This document shows positions 21,303 through 31,419 of a DNA stretch of 64,000 nt, one piece after another. A program made the position numbers and the translations under genes. Under the pieces are notes generated by a model. That model was not told the DNA's origin, made no database searches, and saw nothing but the letters and a program-made list of their open reading frames with translations. How positions within the stretch are numbered: position 1 is the first letter of the stretch; the number at the start of each line of letters is the position of its first letter. The stretch comes from Candidatus Eiseniibacteriota bacterium. GTDB taxonomy: Bacteria > Eisenbacteria > RBG-16-71-46. The stretch covers positions 1,440,001 to 1,504,000 of the forward strand of contig CAVSAC010000014.1 of assembly GCA_963725865.1 (NCBI GenBank), read 5' to 3'.

Positions 21303-22730
21303 ATGGGACTGCTGGTGCAGGACGGCACCGTCGTCACCGCCGACGGACGCTCGGTGAGCGACGTGTACTGCGAGGACGGCCGCATCGCCGCGGTCGGCGC
21401 GCGCCTCGAGCCGCGCGGCCCGGGCGACGAGGTGATCGACGCCGCGGGCGCCTACGTGTTCCCCGGGTTCGTGGACCCACACGTGCACCTCGACCTGGCC
21501 GTCGGCGCGATCCGCACCGCCGACGACTTCGAGAACGGCACCGCCTCCGCGGTGGCGGGCGGCACCACCTGCGTGATCGACTTCGTGACGCCCGCGCGCG
21601 GGCAGTCGCTGCTGGAGGCGCTCGCCGAGCGCCGCGCCGAGGGCGCGCCGGCGGTGTGCGACTGGGCGCTGCACATGTCGGTGATCGAATGGGGCGAGCG
21701 CACCGCCGAGGAGATGGCACGCGTGGTCGCCGAAGGCGTGACGTCGTTCAAGGTCTACCTCGCGTACAAGGGGAGCCTGCAGATCGACGACAGCGGGCTC
21801 TACGAGGTGATGAAGCGCGCCGCCGCGCTCGATGGCGTGGTGCTGGTGCACGCCGAGAACGGCGACGCGGTCGCGGCGCTCCAGCGCGACCTGATCGCGG
21901 CCGGCGACACCGGGCCCGAGTTCCATCCCGTCTCGCGACCGCCCGCGGTCGAGGCGGAGGCCACCGCTCGCGCGCTCATGATGGCGCGGCTGCACGGCAC
22001 CGCGATCTACGTCGTGCACATGACCTGCCACGAGGCGGTCGAGGCGCTCGCGCGCGCGAAGCAGCGCGGCCAGCGCTGCTTTGGCGAGACCTGTCCACAG
22101 TACCTTCTGCTCGACGATCGGGTGTTCCTCAAGCCCGACTTCGAAGGCGCGAGCTACGTGCTGAGTCCCGCGATCCGTCCGATCGGCCAGGGCCATCACG
22201 AGGCGCTGTGGGCCGCTCTCGCGAGCGGCGTGCTCGACACCGTCGCCACCGACCACTGCCCGTTCCTCTTCGAGCACAAGCAGCTCGGCCTCGGCGACTT
22301 CACGAAGATCCCGAACGGCGGACCCGGGATCGAGGATCGGCCGGTGCTGATGCACACGCACGGCGTCGACTCGCGGCGCCTGACGCTCGAGCGCATGGTG
22401 GCGCTGATGAGCACGAACCCCGCGCGCATCTTCGGGCTCTACCCGCGCAAGGGCGCGATCGCCGTCGGCTCCGATGCCGACCTGGTGGTGTGGGACCCCG
22501 CCGCCACCGGCACGCGCAGCGCGCGCACGCACCACTCGCGCGCCGATCGCAACCTGTACGAGGGGCTCGTCACGCGTGGAGCGCCCGCGCGGGTGATCGT
22601 GGGCGGACGCGTGGTGGTCGCCGATGGCCTGCTCGACGTCACGCGCGGCGCGGGCCGCTTCCTCGCGCGCCAGCCCGGGCGCCACGCCACGCAGGCCGCC
22701 GGCACGGTCGAGATGGGGCGGATCGGGTAG
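21303..22730 (+). CDS. hydA: Dihydropyrimidinase / D-hydantoinase
   Basis: PGFVDPHVH, GVTSFKVYLAY, VHAENG, ETCPQYL, ATDHCPF, KIPNGGPGIE. Confidence 0.92.
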   Translation: MGLLVQDGTVVTADGRSVSDVYCEDGRIAAVGARLEPRGPGDEVIDAAGAYVFPGFVDPHVHLDLAVGAIRTADDFENGTASAVAGGTTCVIDFVTPARGQSLLEALAERRAEGAPAVCDWALHMSVIEWGERTAEEMARVVAEGVTSFKVYLAYKGSLQIDDSGLYEVMKRAAALDGVVLVHAENGDAVAALQRDLIAAGDTGPEFHPVSRPPAVEAEATARALMMARLHGTAIYVVHMTCHEAVEALARAKQRGQRCFGETCPQYLLLDDRVFLKPDFEGASYVLSPAIRPIGQGHHEALWAALASGVLDTVATDHCPFLFEHKQLGLGDFTKIPNGGPGIEDRPVLMHTHGVDSRRLTLERMVALMSTNPARIFGLYPRKGAIAVGSDADLVVWDPAATGTRSARTHHSRADRNLYEGLVTRGAPARVIVGGRVVVADGLLDVTRGAGRFLARQPGRHATQAAGTVEMGRIG

Positions 22731-22897
22731 GTGAAACCCGAGCCGCCAGGCGCATTGGAGTCAGCTCGGCGAGTCGCTTCCTGCGCTGGTGGCCGAGAGT
22801 GGGTAGGCATGCGAGCGTCGTTGCCATGCAACGGTGCGCGCGGCTGAGCGGTGCGGCGGGGGGTGGCGAGGCTGACTGTTCTGGAGGAGTCGAGTCG

Positions 22898-23518
22898 ATG
22901 AACTGGCAATGTGCCGCAACGCCGGTGGTCGTAGCGCTCATGATGTCGGTGGCTGGCGGACCGCCAGCCGCTGGAACCGGCCGCGTCGATCACAAGGCGC
23001 TCGGTGGAGGCTGGATCGTTGTGTTCGGCAAGGGCGTCAGCGTGCGAGTTACTGACCCTCTCGACAGGATCACCGAGTGGAACGGGAACAGCATGTCCTG
23101 CGGGATTCCGAGGTGTGCCGCCGTCGGTGAGGAGCCAGTGGCCGAGGAGGAGGACTCGCAGGAAGACAAGGGCCCGGAAACCCTGTTCACGCTCTCCCGG
23201 CTGACACCTGGCGAGTACAGAATCGATATCAAGGCTCGCCAGGATGTCGATGTGCACCTGTTGGTGCACCGCCACTCGAACCTCTTCTTGGGCCGAGACT
23301 CGATCAAGAACCCAACAGCATCCGCAGACTCTCGCGCGAGGCTCCGCAAGGGGCAGCGCGCGGCCTGGAGGCTCAACTGGGGATGCACGGAGGCGTCCGA
23401 TACCTGCTGGGCCGTTCTCAGGCCAGGTCAAGGGTCCGCGGACAAAGGTCGTCGGCCGCTGGTCGTCGGGACTTCTAGAGCAGCGTCTCTAGCAGGCGGC
23501 CTCGCACGCCTCAGATGA
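22898..23518 (+). CDS. Exported hypothetical protein, atypical composition
   Basis: GGAGGAG RBS, signal-like N-terminus; visibly more A/T than neighbours. Confidence 0.5.
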   Translation: MNWQCAATPVVVALMMSVAGGPPAAGTGRVDHKALGGGWIVVFGKGVSVRVTDPLDRITEWNGNSMSCGIPRCAAVGEEPVAEEEDSQEDKGPETLFTLSRLTPGEYRIDIKARQDVDVHLLVHRHSNLFLGRDSIKNPTASADSRARLRKGQRAAWRLNWGCTEASDTCWAVLRPGQGSADKGRRPLVVGTSRAASLAGGLARLR

Positions 23519-23627
23519 GCGTGCGAGTTTGCCATCGCAGGGCGAAATCGCGAGCGCTTAGTCCCCTGCGCGTGCTACGCAGGCCGCGCAACGCGGCCAG
23601 CGAGTTCCTCATCCGCAGCTCGATGCC

Positions 23628-25032
23628 TCAGACCGCAGTGCTCGGGGCGTGCACGGCCCTGCGCGAACGGTGGGGCGCCAGACTCCTGAGCGCCACGCGC
23701 ACTCGGGCCTCGAGCGGAGTGTCGTCGGGCATCTCGGCGCACGGCGCCGCCGCGCTGCGCGCGTCCTCGACGTTGACCCCAAGGGCACGGAGCCATGGGA
23801 TGACCTCATCCGCGCGTGCCCGAGCGGCGACGGCGCGTTCGCGCTCGAGCGACTGCGCGGCCTCGCGTGCCAGAGCAGCCTCGCGAGCCCGGGCCTCTGC
23901 TTCCGACTGCCAGGCGCTTCGCGTGACCGCCGCCCGGCGACGTGACTCCTCGCGCTTGTGAGTCATGAAGCCAACTCCGAACGCGCGTTCGGCCGTGTAC
24001 TGGTTGTGGGCTCGACACCGCAGTCGGAGCCCTCCGAGCGTCGCCTGCCCGCCTCGCGCGAACGGCTCGACGTGGTCGAACTCAAGCCGCGTTCTCGCCT
24101 CGCAGCGGTGCCCCGTGTCGCCCACGAACGTGCACCGGCCTCCGTCGCGCTGCCAAACAGCGCGTCGGATCTCTGCGGGCACGTACCGACTGTCCTCCGC
24201 GCGGCGCTGGCGAACCGGGCGCGTGCGAGTGGTGGGGGCGAAGCGGTTCTGCTCGAGCTTGGCGATCAGCGCGTCGAGGGCGCGGTCCAACACCTGCGCG
24301 AGGTCGCCGTCGGGCAGCGCATGCGCGAGCATGCGCCCGGGCGTAGCGCAGCTTGTCGTGGGTGCCCTGAGCGATGGTGAGCTGCAGCGCGAACCGCCCG
24401 GGCGATAGGGGAGACAGCTTCGCGCGCAGCGTATCGGGCTGAAGATGCCCCGGGGCGTGTTGAGCGCCGGCGACTTCGGCTGGCGTCATCGGCCGGTTCG
24501 CCACCGAGTGCACCCGCGGGCTCCGGCGCGTGTCCAGAAGCGGTCACGTGAACACGCCCCGGGGCGTGTTCGTTGCTCCGATTTCACATGGGGCGAGCGG
24601 CTGCAGCAGGGTCGCCACGTCCGGCCGCGGGAAGCGCTCGGCCAGCAGTCGCTCGAGCTCGGCCTTGGACTTCTTCGCCGCGGCGGCCAGCAACTCGTCG
24701 GCATTGTCGCGGGCCGAGGTGCGGCGCCAGCAGCACCACCGCGCTCAGATGCAGCCGGCCGTCGGCCAGCATCGGGAAAGATGGCCGGGAACCGCCGCGC
24801 GACGCGGGCGGCGTGAATGCGCTTGAATGCTGCTTCTTCCGACAGCTTCAGCTCACTCACGCACCAGGCGAACATCGAGGGATACGCCGCGGGCAGGTAG
24901 AGCTTGCGGGCATCGACCTCGGCGAGATGCGCGAGCAGCGCGGCGGTGGTAGTGCGATCCTGAGCGACGAGGGTGTTGAGGTCATGCAGCGAACGCGTGG
25001 TCCGACAGATGCGACAGCAAGTAGGACTTCAT
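23628..25032 (-). pseudogene. HNH endonuclease with DUF222/13E12-like N-terminal region, several frameshifts
   Basis: MKSYLLSHLSD at 25032; LLAHLAEVDARKLY...YPSMFAWCV, LADGRLHLSAVVLLAPHL, and RDGGRCTF...LEFDHVEPFARGG...LRCRAHN spread over different frames. Confidence 0.8.
24550..24571. repeat. Perfect 22-bp palindrome GAACACGCCCCGGGGCGTGTTC; degenerate copy near 24445-24461
   Basis: Read directly from the sequence. Confidence 0.9.
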
Positions 25033-25716
25033 GGCGAGACTCCGCGGCGGGGGCAGAGTCGCGGGGGGCACTCTCTACTTCTAGCATGCGCGTTCGTGAC
25101 GCGCCTGCTCGCCCGCAGCGCGAGCAACGCGCGGCGGCACGAGAGCCAACCGCCTCGCAGCGCTGCGAATGACCTCAGCGCGCGCATCCTGCGCGCGCAC
25201 GCGCGCGGCTACAGCACGAGCGACGGCTCGCGCACGCCAGGGTCCGCGCGGCGTCGCGGTCGCGGGTCAGACGAGCCTGGTCAGAGCGGAATCGCGGTTG
25301 TCCAATGCGATCCGCGTCGCCGCCCAGCGTGCATGTACATTGATGGTCGAGCGCGTGAAAAGTGCAGCGTGTCAGCGGTCGGCGGGATCCACGCGTGCGA
25401 TCCCCAGACACGCAATGACCGACCCGGCGGCGTGGCGCCGGCCGTTCTATCGCGTCGCCGCCCAGGCCTCCACGTGTCGCGGCCCGCGGGGACCGATGGA
25501 GCTCGCGCGATTCCGGGTAGACGCACTCCTGCCGTCCCCCTCCCGGGCGGCCCTGACGATTCGCCGCCCACGCCCCGCGCGCCCCGCCATCTGCTCGCCC
25601 CTGCGCCGCGTACCTGCCGCGGGGGCTCATGCGGACATTCGCCTGTTCGCTCTCCGGGGTCCGGACGTACGAAACCTGCACGGGCCGCCTGCAACCATCT
25701 CAGAAGGAGAATCAAG

Positions 25717-26496
25717 ATGCTCGGCAGGTTCCTCGCGCTTCTCTACGGTGTCGTGTCGTACCTCGCGTTCCTGGTCAGCTTCACCTACGCCATCGGCTTC
25801 GTCGGCAATTTCGTCGTTCCGCACTCGATCGACTCCACGCCGGTCGGGTCGCCCGGAGCGTCGCTGCTGATCGATCTGGCGCTGCTGGCGCTGTTCGCCG
25901 TCCAGCACTCGGTCATGGCCCGTCCCGCGTTCAAGCGCGCGTGGACGAAGGTGATCCCGAGTGTCATCGAGCGCAGCACGTTCGTGCTCGCCGCCAGCCT
26001 GGCGCTGGGAGCGCTGCTCTGGCAATGGCGGCCGCTCGGCGGTGTGGTGTGGAACGTGGGCCCGGACGGGCTGCGCATGGCGCTCTACGTCGTGTGCGCG
26101 TGCGGGTGGCTGACCGTGTTCGTGGCCACGCTGCTCATCGACCACTTCGAGCTGTTCGGCATCCGCCAGGTGTGGAACTACTGGCGCGGCGTCGAGCCGA
26201 GCAAGCCGCACTTCGTGACGCCCGGCTTCTACAGGTTCGTTCGCCACCCACTGTACCTGGGCTTCCTGCTCGCGTTCTGGTCGACGCCGACCATGACCGT
26301 GGCGCACCTGGTGTTCGCGGTCATGACCACCGGCTACATCCTGGTCGCGATCCAGCTCGAGGAGCGCGACCTGATCGGCGTGCACAAGGAGTACGCGCAG
26401 TATCGCCGCCAGGTGCCGATGCTGGTGCCGGGTCTGGGCATGAAGGGCGAGATCGAGTCGCCCCGCGTGGCCGATCGCGCGGACGCCACGAGCTGA
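25717..26496 (+). CDS. mddA: Methanethiol S-methyltransferase-like (ICMT/NnrU family) membrane protein
   Basis: AAGGAG RBS; LYGVVSY...YAIGFVGN, FAVQHSVMARPAFK, ERSTFVL, HFELFG, YRFVRHPLYLGF, EERDL, YRRQVPM. Confidence 0.8.
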   Translation: MLGRFLALLYGVVSYLAFLVSFTYAIGFVGNFVVPHSIDSTPVGSPGASLLIDLALLALFAVQHSVMARPAFKRAWTKVIPSVIERSTFVLAASLALGALLWQWRPLGGVVWNVGPDGLRMALYVVCACGWLTVFVATLLIDHFELFGIRQVWNYWRGVEPSKPHFVTPGFYRFVRHPLYLGFLLAFWSTPTMTVAHLVFAVMTTGYILVAIQLEERDLIGVHKEYAQYRRQVPMLVPGLGMKGEIESPRVADRADATS

Positions 26497-26784
26497 AGGA
26501 GCCGCGTACGCCGGACAGGGGCTTGCGGGCGCGAGGAGGGCGGGACTAACGTGCTCCCGGGGGCTCGACCCGCGCGACAATCCCTCCCCCGATTCGGGAG
26601 CTTGGCATGTCTGGCCGCAGACGACCTCTCCGTCTTCGGGTGGCACTGGCGTTTGCGCTCGCCCTCTCGTCCATCACGCTGGATTCCCAGGCCGCGTCGT
26701 GGGCAGAGTGACGCGTGAGGTGTGGAATGGACTCGGAGTCGCGCTGTCGATCCAGTTCCAGCAGTGGGGTCGCCGGGGGGGAGC

Positions 26785-27968
26785 GTGCTGGAAACCTCGA
26801 AGTGTCCGAACGAGCGCCGTCGTGCGCGGCTGTGTCTCGCCCCGTTCCTGGTCCTTCTTCTATCGGGGATCGTGGGCACGGCGCTCGCGAACGCCCCCGA
26901 GGTCCAGAACTTCGGCAGCGCGATCTACCCGGTTGGCAGCCGAGACATCCAGCTCGTCTCTGAAGTCGTGGACATTCGGCTACGCGAGGCTCCATCGAAT
27001 AACGACGAGGCGCAGCCGAACGCGACCTGTACGTACCAGCTCCGCAACCTGGCCGATTCGACCCGACATGTCTCGATGGCGTTCGTGCTCGGCGGTCCGG
27101 AATCGGATTCCCCCGATGAGCCACGTTGGCGGGTCGCCGTACGAGCCTTCCGGGTGACCCAGGACGGCGAGCCTCGGGCAGTGCGCTTCATGCTGGATTC
27201 GCTTCACGTCTTCCGAGACGAATACTCGGCCGATGCGGACTCGTTCCCTGCGTGGGACTGGTCATTCCACCACGCGCGACGACCACCGTGGCGATGGTCT
27301 ACGCGGTGTACTGGGGCGGCGGGTGCGAGGACGAGTGCTGGAGCTACTTCCGCTACTACGCACGACCGGCCGCCCTGTGGGCGGGGCACATCGAACGGGC
27401 GTCGTTTCGCCTCCATCTGGGAGACGAGGCCTTCGTCCGCAGGCTGCGGCGCCCGGGCGCCCCTTGGTCCATGGGCGCCGAGCCGAGCGGCTATCGATGG
27501 ATGGCGGATGGCGTGAGCTGGGAGTTCCACGACTGGGAGCCCGATTCCGATCTGGTCGTGGAGATTAGATTTCCCGGGACGACTGCCTACGACGGCGGCC
27601 TCGCGTGGAGTCCATGGACGCCCGATTCGCTCGTGGCGATGCCGCCTGTCACGACAGGACTCGATCGAGTGCCGGAAGTCGTGTCGGGTGATTGCGCGGC
27701 GTACCTGGCCGCATGCAGGGAAACACCGACCAAGGAGCGACGGCCATGGGCCTTCCGACTCCGCGCCCACGTCATGGCGAACGGCCGATGTGATCAAGTG
27801 CGCTACCCGGATCCGCCAGACGAGCTGATCACTGACAACGGGAAGCGGTGCCGGCTCTACAAGGCGGCGGCGTGCGTGGGGCAATGGCGCTTCCGCCCGG
27901 CGATGAAAGCGGGGCGCGCTGTCGACGCGTGGATCGATCTGAGGATGGAGGCCGCAGGCGGGGAGTGA
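26785..27968 (+). CDS. Exported DUF4424-like protein with degenerate C-terminal TonB-C domain; frameshift near 27257
   Basis: IQLVSEVVDI, YQLRN, F.VTQDG in ORF 26722; YYARPAALWAGHIERA, DWEPDSDL, WRFRPAMKAGRAV in ORF 27126; start uncertain. Confidence 0.6.
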
Positions 27969-28059
27969 AAGAAGGGCGCGGATTGAGTGCGTGATCCTCA
28001 GGCGCGCGCGTACATGTGGGCATCAGCTTCTTCACCCGCCTCTCGCGCCTCCGCTGAAT

Positions 28060-29380
28060 TCACTCCCCCACGCGCGGCGCCGCGTACGTCTCGCTGCCCT
28101 GCGTCCAGTCGATGCGCTCGAGCTTCCCGTCGGCGCCCGCCACGCCGCGGATGATCCCGTAGTCGCGAGGCGAGAACAGCGCGCCGTCGCGCGTCGGCAG
28201 CAGCAGCCAGTCGTTCGAGTAGAGCGCGCCGTCGTGCACGCGCAGCGGCAGCCGCGGGCCGTCGGGGATCTGGTAGGTGCCGACCCAGTACCGCATCTCC
28301 TCGGCCGTGAGCGGCGCGTCGCGCAAGGCGGGCAGCGCCGGAGTTGCGCACGACCTGCCCGCTCGCGAGCCGCACGATGTCGCGCTTGAGTGCGTCCGAT
28401 GCGCCGCCCGCGAGATTGCCCAGGAAGATCGCCTCCACGCCGCTGGTGCTGTCCCACAGCGCCCACGCCTTGAATCCGCCGGTGCGCCCGTTGAAGTCGA
28501 GATGCCCGCCGCGCACAAACGACTGCTGCGGCCCGGCGCCGAGCTTGCCGGCGACCACGGCGACGACGAAGCGATGCAGATCGCGCGCGGTGGACCACAC
28601 CGAGCCGGCGCCGATCAGCGCCGAGAAGTCCTCGAGCGGAGCGTTCTGCAGGCCGTGGACGCCCGGCACGTAGCCCTGCGCGCGGCCGGGCATCAGCCTG
28701 CGGCTATCGGCGTCGGTGGTGTGCGTCATGCCGAGCGGGCCGAACAGGTGCTGCTCGAGCAGCTGCTGATAGGTGCGCCCGCTTGCCAGCTCCAGCACGC
28801 GCGCGAGCACCTCGTAGCCGCCCGAGCTGTAGTTGCCCCGCGAGCCGGGGGAGAAGTCGAGCGGCAGCCGCGCGGCGCGCGCGACCACTTCGGCGCTGGT
28901 GAACGGATGCGTCCGCTCGCTGTCGGGGATGGTCTCGTGCGGGATCCCCGAGCGATGGCGCAGCAGGTGTTCGACCCGGATCGAGTCCGCCTTCGGGAAG
29001 TCCGGCAGCCAGCGCGCGATGGTATCGCTCACCCCGAGCGTGCCGGCCTCGATCAGGTGGATCGCGATCACCGCCGTCATCGGCTTGGTGACCGACGCGA
29101 TGTTGAAGCGCGTCTCGGGCGTGACGGGCGCGCGCAGCTCGGCGTTCGCGTACCCGTACGAGCGCTCCGCCACCACGCGGCCATCGCGCAGCACCAGCAA
29201 TTGGCCGGACAGGTCTCCACGCGCGACGAGCGGTTGAGTGTACGCGTCGATCGCGCGCGCGGCGGCGCGGTCGGCGGCGGAAGTCGGCGCGGGCGCCGCG
29301 GCGGCCGCGACGGCGGGAGCCGACGGCGCCGCGAGCACGAGGCACAACGCGACTACGGTCAAGGTCAACGCTGGACGCAT
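28060..29380 (-). CDS. Serine hydrolase, beta-lactamase class C/AmpC-like; frameshift near 28348
   Basis: FNIASVTK (SxxK), LLRHRSG, YSS, PLGM, NGRTGGF; C-terminus continues in ORF 28060..28518. Confidence 0.85.
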
Positions 29381-29581
29381 GGGGCTCCTCGACGGGGGAG
29401 AGCGGGAAGTGCGGCGACGCGCTCCCGTGTCGCATGCGTGCGCGGCGGGCTCAACGATCGCGGGACGAACGGGAGCGGATCGCCTACCGGCGCGGCACCA
29501 GAGGCGACGTTCGGCGAGACGACCGAGCCGGCCAGGCGATGGCGCCCAGCCGGCTCGTGACACTCGTATGTGAAGGCAGGT

Positions 29582-30262
29582 CTAGAACGATCCGAATCCC
29601 GGCGACCAGTCGGACTTCCAGCCGAGCTGGATCCGATAGTCGGTGTTGCGCACCGAGCCCTGGTACTCGGGCTTGAGCACGTCGATCAGCCCGTAGCAGT
29701 AGCGCCCTTCAAGCGTCAGGCAACGGGCCGGAGGTCCGAACTCGAAGCCGACACCGCCGGCGACCGCGACATCGTAGGACCGCAGCGAGAACCACTCGCC
29801 CTCGTAGTCGTTCCGGTCGGGACCGTTCAGGCGCAGCTTCTCGACCACCTTCCATCCGAGCACCGGGCCGGCCAGGAGGGACGGGCGCACCGAGCCGCTG
29901 CCGAAGTCCATGCGCATCATCACGGGCAGCTCGATGTAGTCGGTGGCGTAGAGCAGCTCGAACTCGCCGAGATAGACGGTGCCGCCGATGTCGGGATCGG
30001 TGACGTGCCCGTACGACGTCCCCTTCATCACGTAGCCCAGCTCGGTCTGGACCGAGAACGTGTTGTTCAGAGGAACGTGGTACGCGATGGCGCCCGCCAT
30101 CCCGGTCTTGGCCTTCGCACCGGGCTCGTTCTCGATGAAGCGGCTGAAGCCGAGTCCGAATCGGGTTTCGAGCGCCGGGCGGCGCTGAGCGGCGGCGGGA
30201 GCCGCCAGAACGGTCACGAGCGCGAGCATCCCCGCGCACCAGCACTGCAAACTGCGGCCCAT
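29582..30262 (-). CDS. Outer-membrane beta-barrel protein (PorT/OMP_b-brl_2-like)
   Basis: Signal peptide, SVQTELGYVMKG, DYIELPVM, LAGP, EGRYCYGL; terminal F. Confidence 0.8.
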   Translation of the reverse strand: MGRSLQCWCAGMLALVTVLAAPAAAQRRPALETRFGLGFSRFIENEPGAKAKTGMAGAIAYHVPLNNTFSVQTELGYVMKGTSYGHVTDPDIGGTVYLGEFELLYATDYIELPVMMRMDFGSGSVRPSLLAGPVLGWKVVEKLRLNGPDRNDYEGEWFSLRSYDVAVAGGVGFEFGPPARCLTLEGRYCYGLIDVLKPEYQGSVRNTDYRIQLGWKSDWSPGFGSF

Positions 30263-30440
30263 GGACACCTCCGTGTGGACAGATAGCGACTCCACCAAAC
30301 GAAGGAGTTATCGGCCCGCCTGGCCCCGAGCTTGCGCGCTGCGTCGACGCGGCCGGAGCCCGCGCGGGGAGCGCCGGAAGACGGTGCGGCCGGCGGGGCT
30401 GGAGTGCGCGGCCGGCCGCCCGCGCCGCTTCAGGTACCGA

Positions 30441-31328
30441 CTACTCGCCGATGCGCAGGATCGCGGCCATCGCGAGCGTGGCGCCCGTCGACCTGGCGTT
30501 CGTGATCTTGAGCTTCACCGTGCCGCCCATCGAGTAGCTCAGGATCGGCGTCGCGTCGTTCGCCGTGTCCGATTCGACCACGGCGTCGTCGCTGTCGAGC
30601 AGCTTGAGGTCAAGGTCCGCGGCGCGGGCGTCGGCGGCGGCGCAGAACACGTAGCGGTCGTCGCCCAGGTCGATGCCGCTCTGCGTGAGGGCCTCCTCTT
30701 CCTTGAGGATCGTGCCCACCAGCGCCAGCTCGCCTTCGCCGTCGAAGAACGCGGCGCTGCCGAGCTTCTTGTCGATCGCGGTGCACAGCGTGATGAGACG
30801 GGTGTAGGAGGTGGCCAGGTTGCTGGCCGGCACGTCGAACGCACCGTCACGCAGCGTGGCGTAGGCGCAGAAGCTGGCCTTGGCCTGGCAGCCCGCGAGC
30901 TTCATGGTCACGCGATAGCGCCCGTCCTCCTTGGGCGTGAACACGATCACCGGATGGGAGTCCTTCTCGACGTCACGCGCGACGACGTCCCCGGCGGAGT
31001 CCTTCAGGTACAGGTCGAGGTCGGTCACGTCGTCGTCGCCGCCCCCCAGGATGGCGTAGGTGCGGCCGGCCTCGAGCGGGATGCCGGTGCCGATCTCGCC
31101 GTCGACGGCGAGGTAGCCGGCGATGAAGCAGCTGCTGCCGTCATCGAGGCCGAACGGGGTCTTCTCGGTGATCTTCCGCACGCTGGACATGACGCGCACC
31201 ATCGCCTGCGTCATGAACGTGCCGGGGCGCCACGCGGATTCCGCGCTCGCGATCGGTGTGGACGCAAGGAGGAGCACCGCGAGACCGGGGACCAGGAACC
31301 GCACGCGGCGGCCGATGAGGTGCGACAT
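30441..31328 (-). CDS. Secreted protein with two tandem PPC-like beta-sandwich domains
   Basis: Signal peptide; internal repeat YAILGGGDDDVTDLDLYLKD / YVFCAAADARAADLDLKLLD. Confidence 0.7.
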   Translation of the reverse strand: MSHLIGRRVRFLVPGLAVLLLASTPIASAESAWRPGTFMTQAMVRVMSSVRKITEKTPFGLDDGSSCFIAGYLAVDGEIGTGIPLEAGRTYAILGGGDDDVTDLDLYLKDSAGDVVARDVEKDSHPVIVFTPKEDGRYRVTMKLAGCQAKASFCAYATLRDGAFDVPASNLATSYTRLITLCTAIDKKLGSAAFFDGEGELALVGTILKEEEALTQSGIDLGDDRYVFCAAADARAADLDLKLLDSDDAVVESDTANDATPILSYSMGGTVKLKITNARSTGATLAMAAILRIGE

Positions 31329-31367
31329 GATTCGATCTCCCGGCGAATGGACGATCGACCGGCGCAC

Positions 31368-31398
31368 GAAGGGCCGGGTCGCGGGACCCGGCCCCTTC
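31368..31398 (-). terminator. GC-rich hairpin downstream of pntB
   Basis: GAAGGGCCGGGTC-GCGG-GACCCGGCCCCTTC inverted repeat; no U-tract. Confidence 0.5.
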
Positions 31399-31419
31399 GC
31401 GCGGTGCATCCGCGTGTCG

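Noticed and set aside
25033..25716. Gene or riboswitch in the long gap upstream of mddA
   Set aside because: Only low-complexity ORFs without RBS or motifs; no recognisable RNA element
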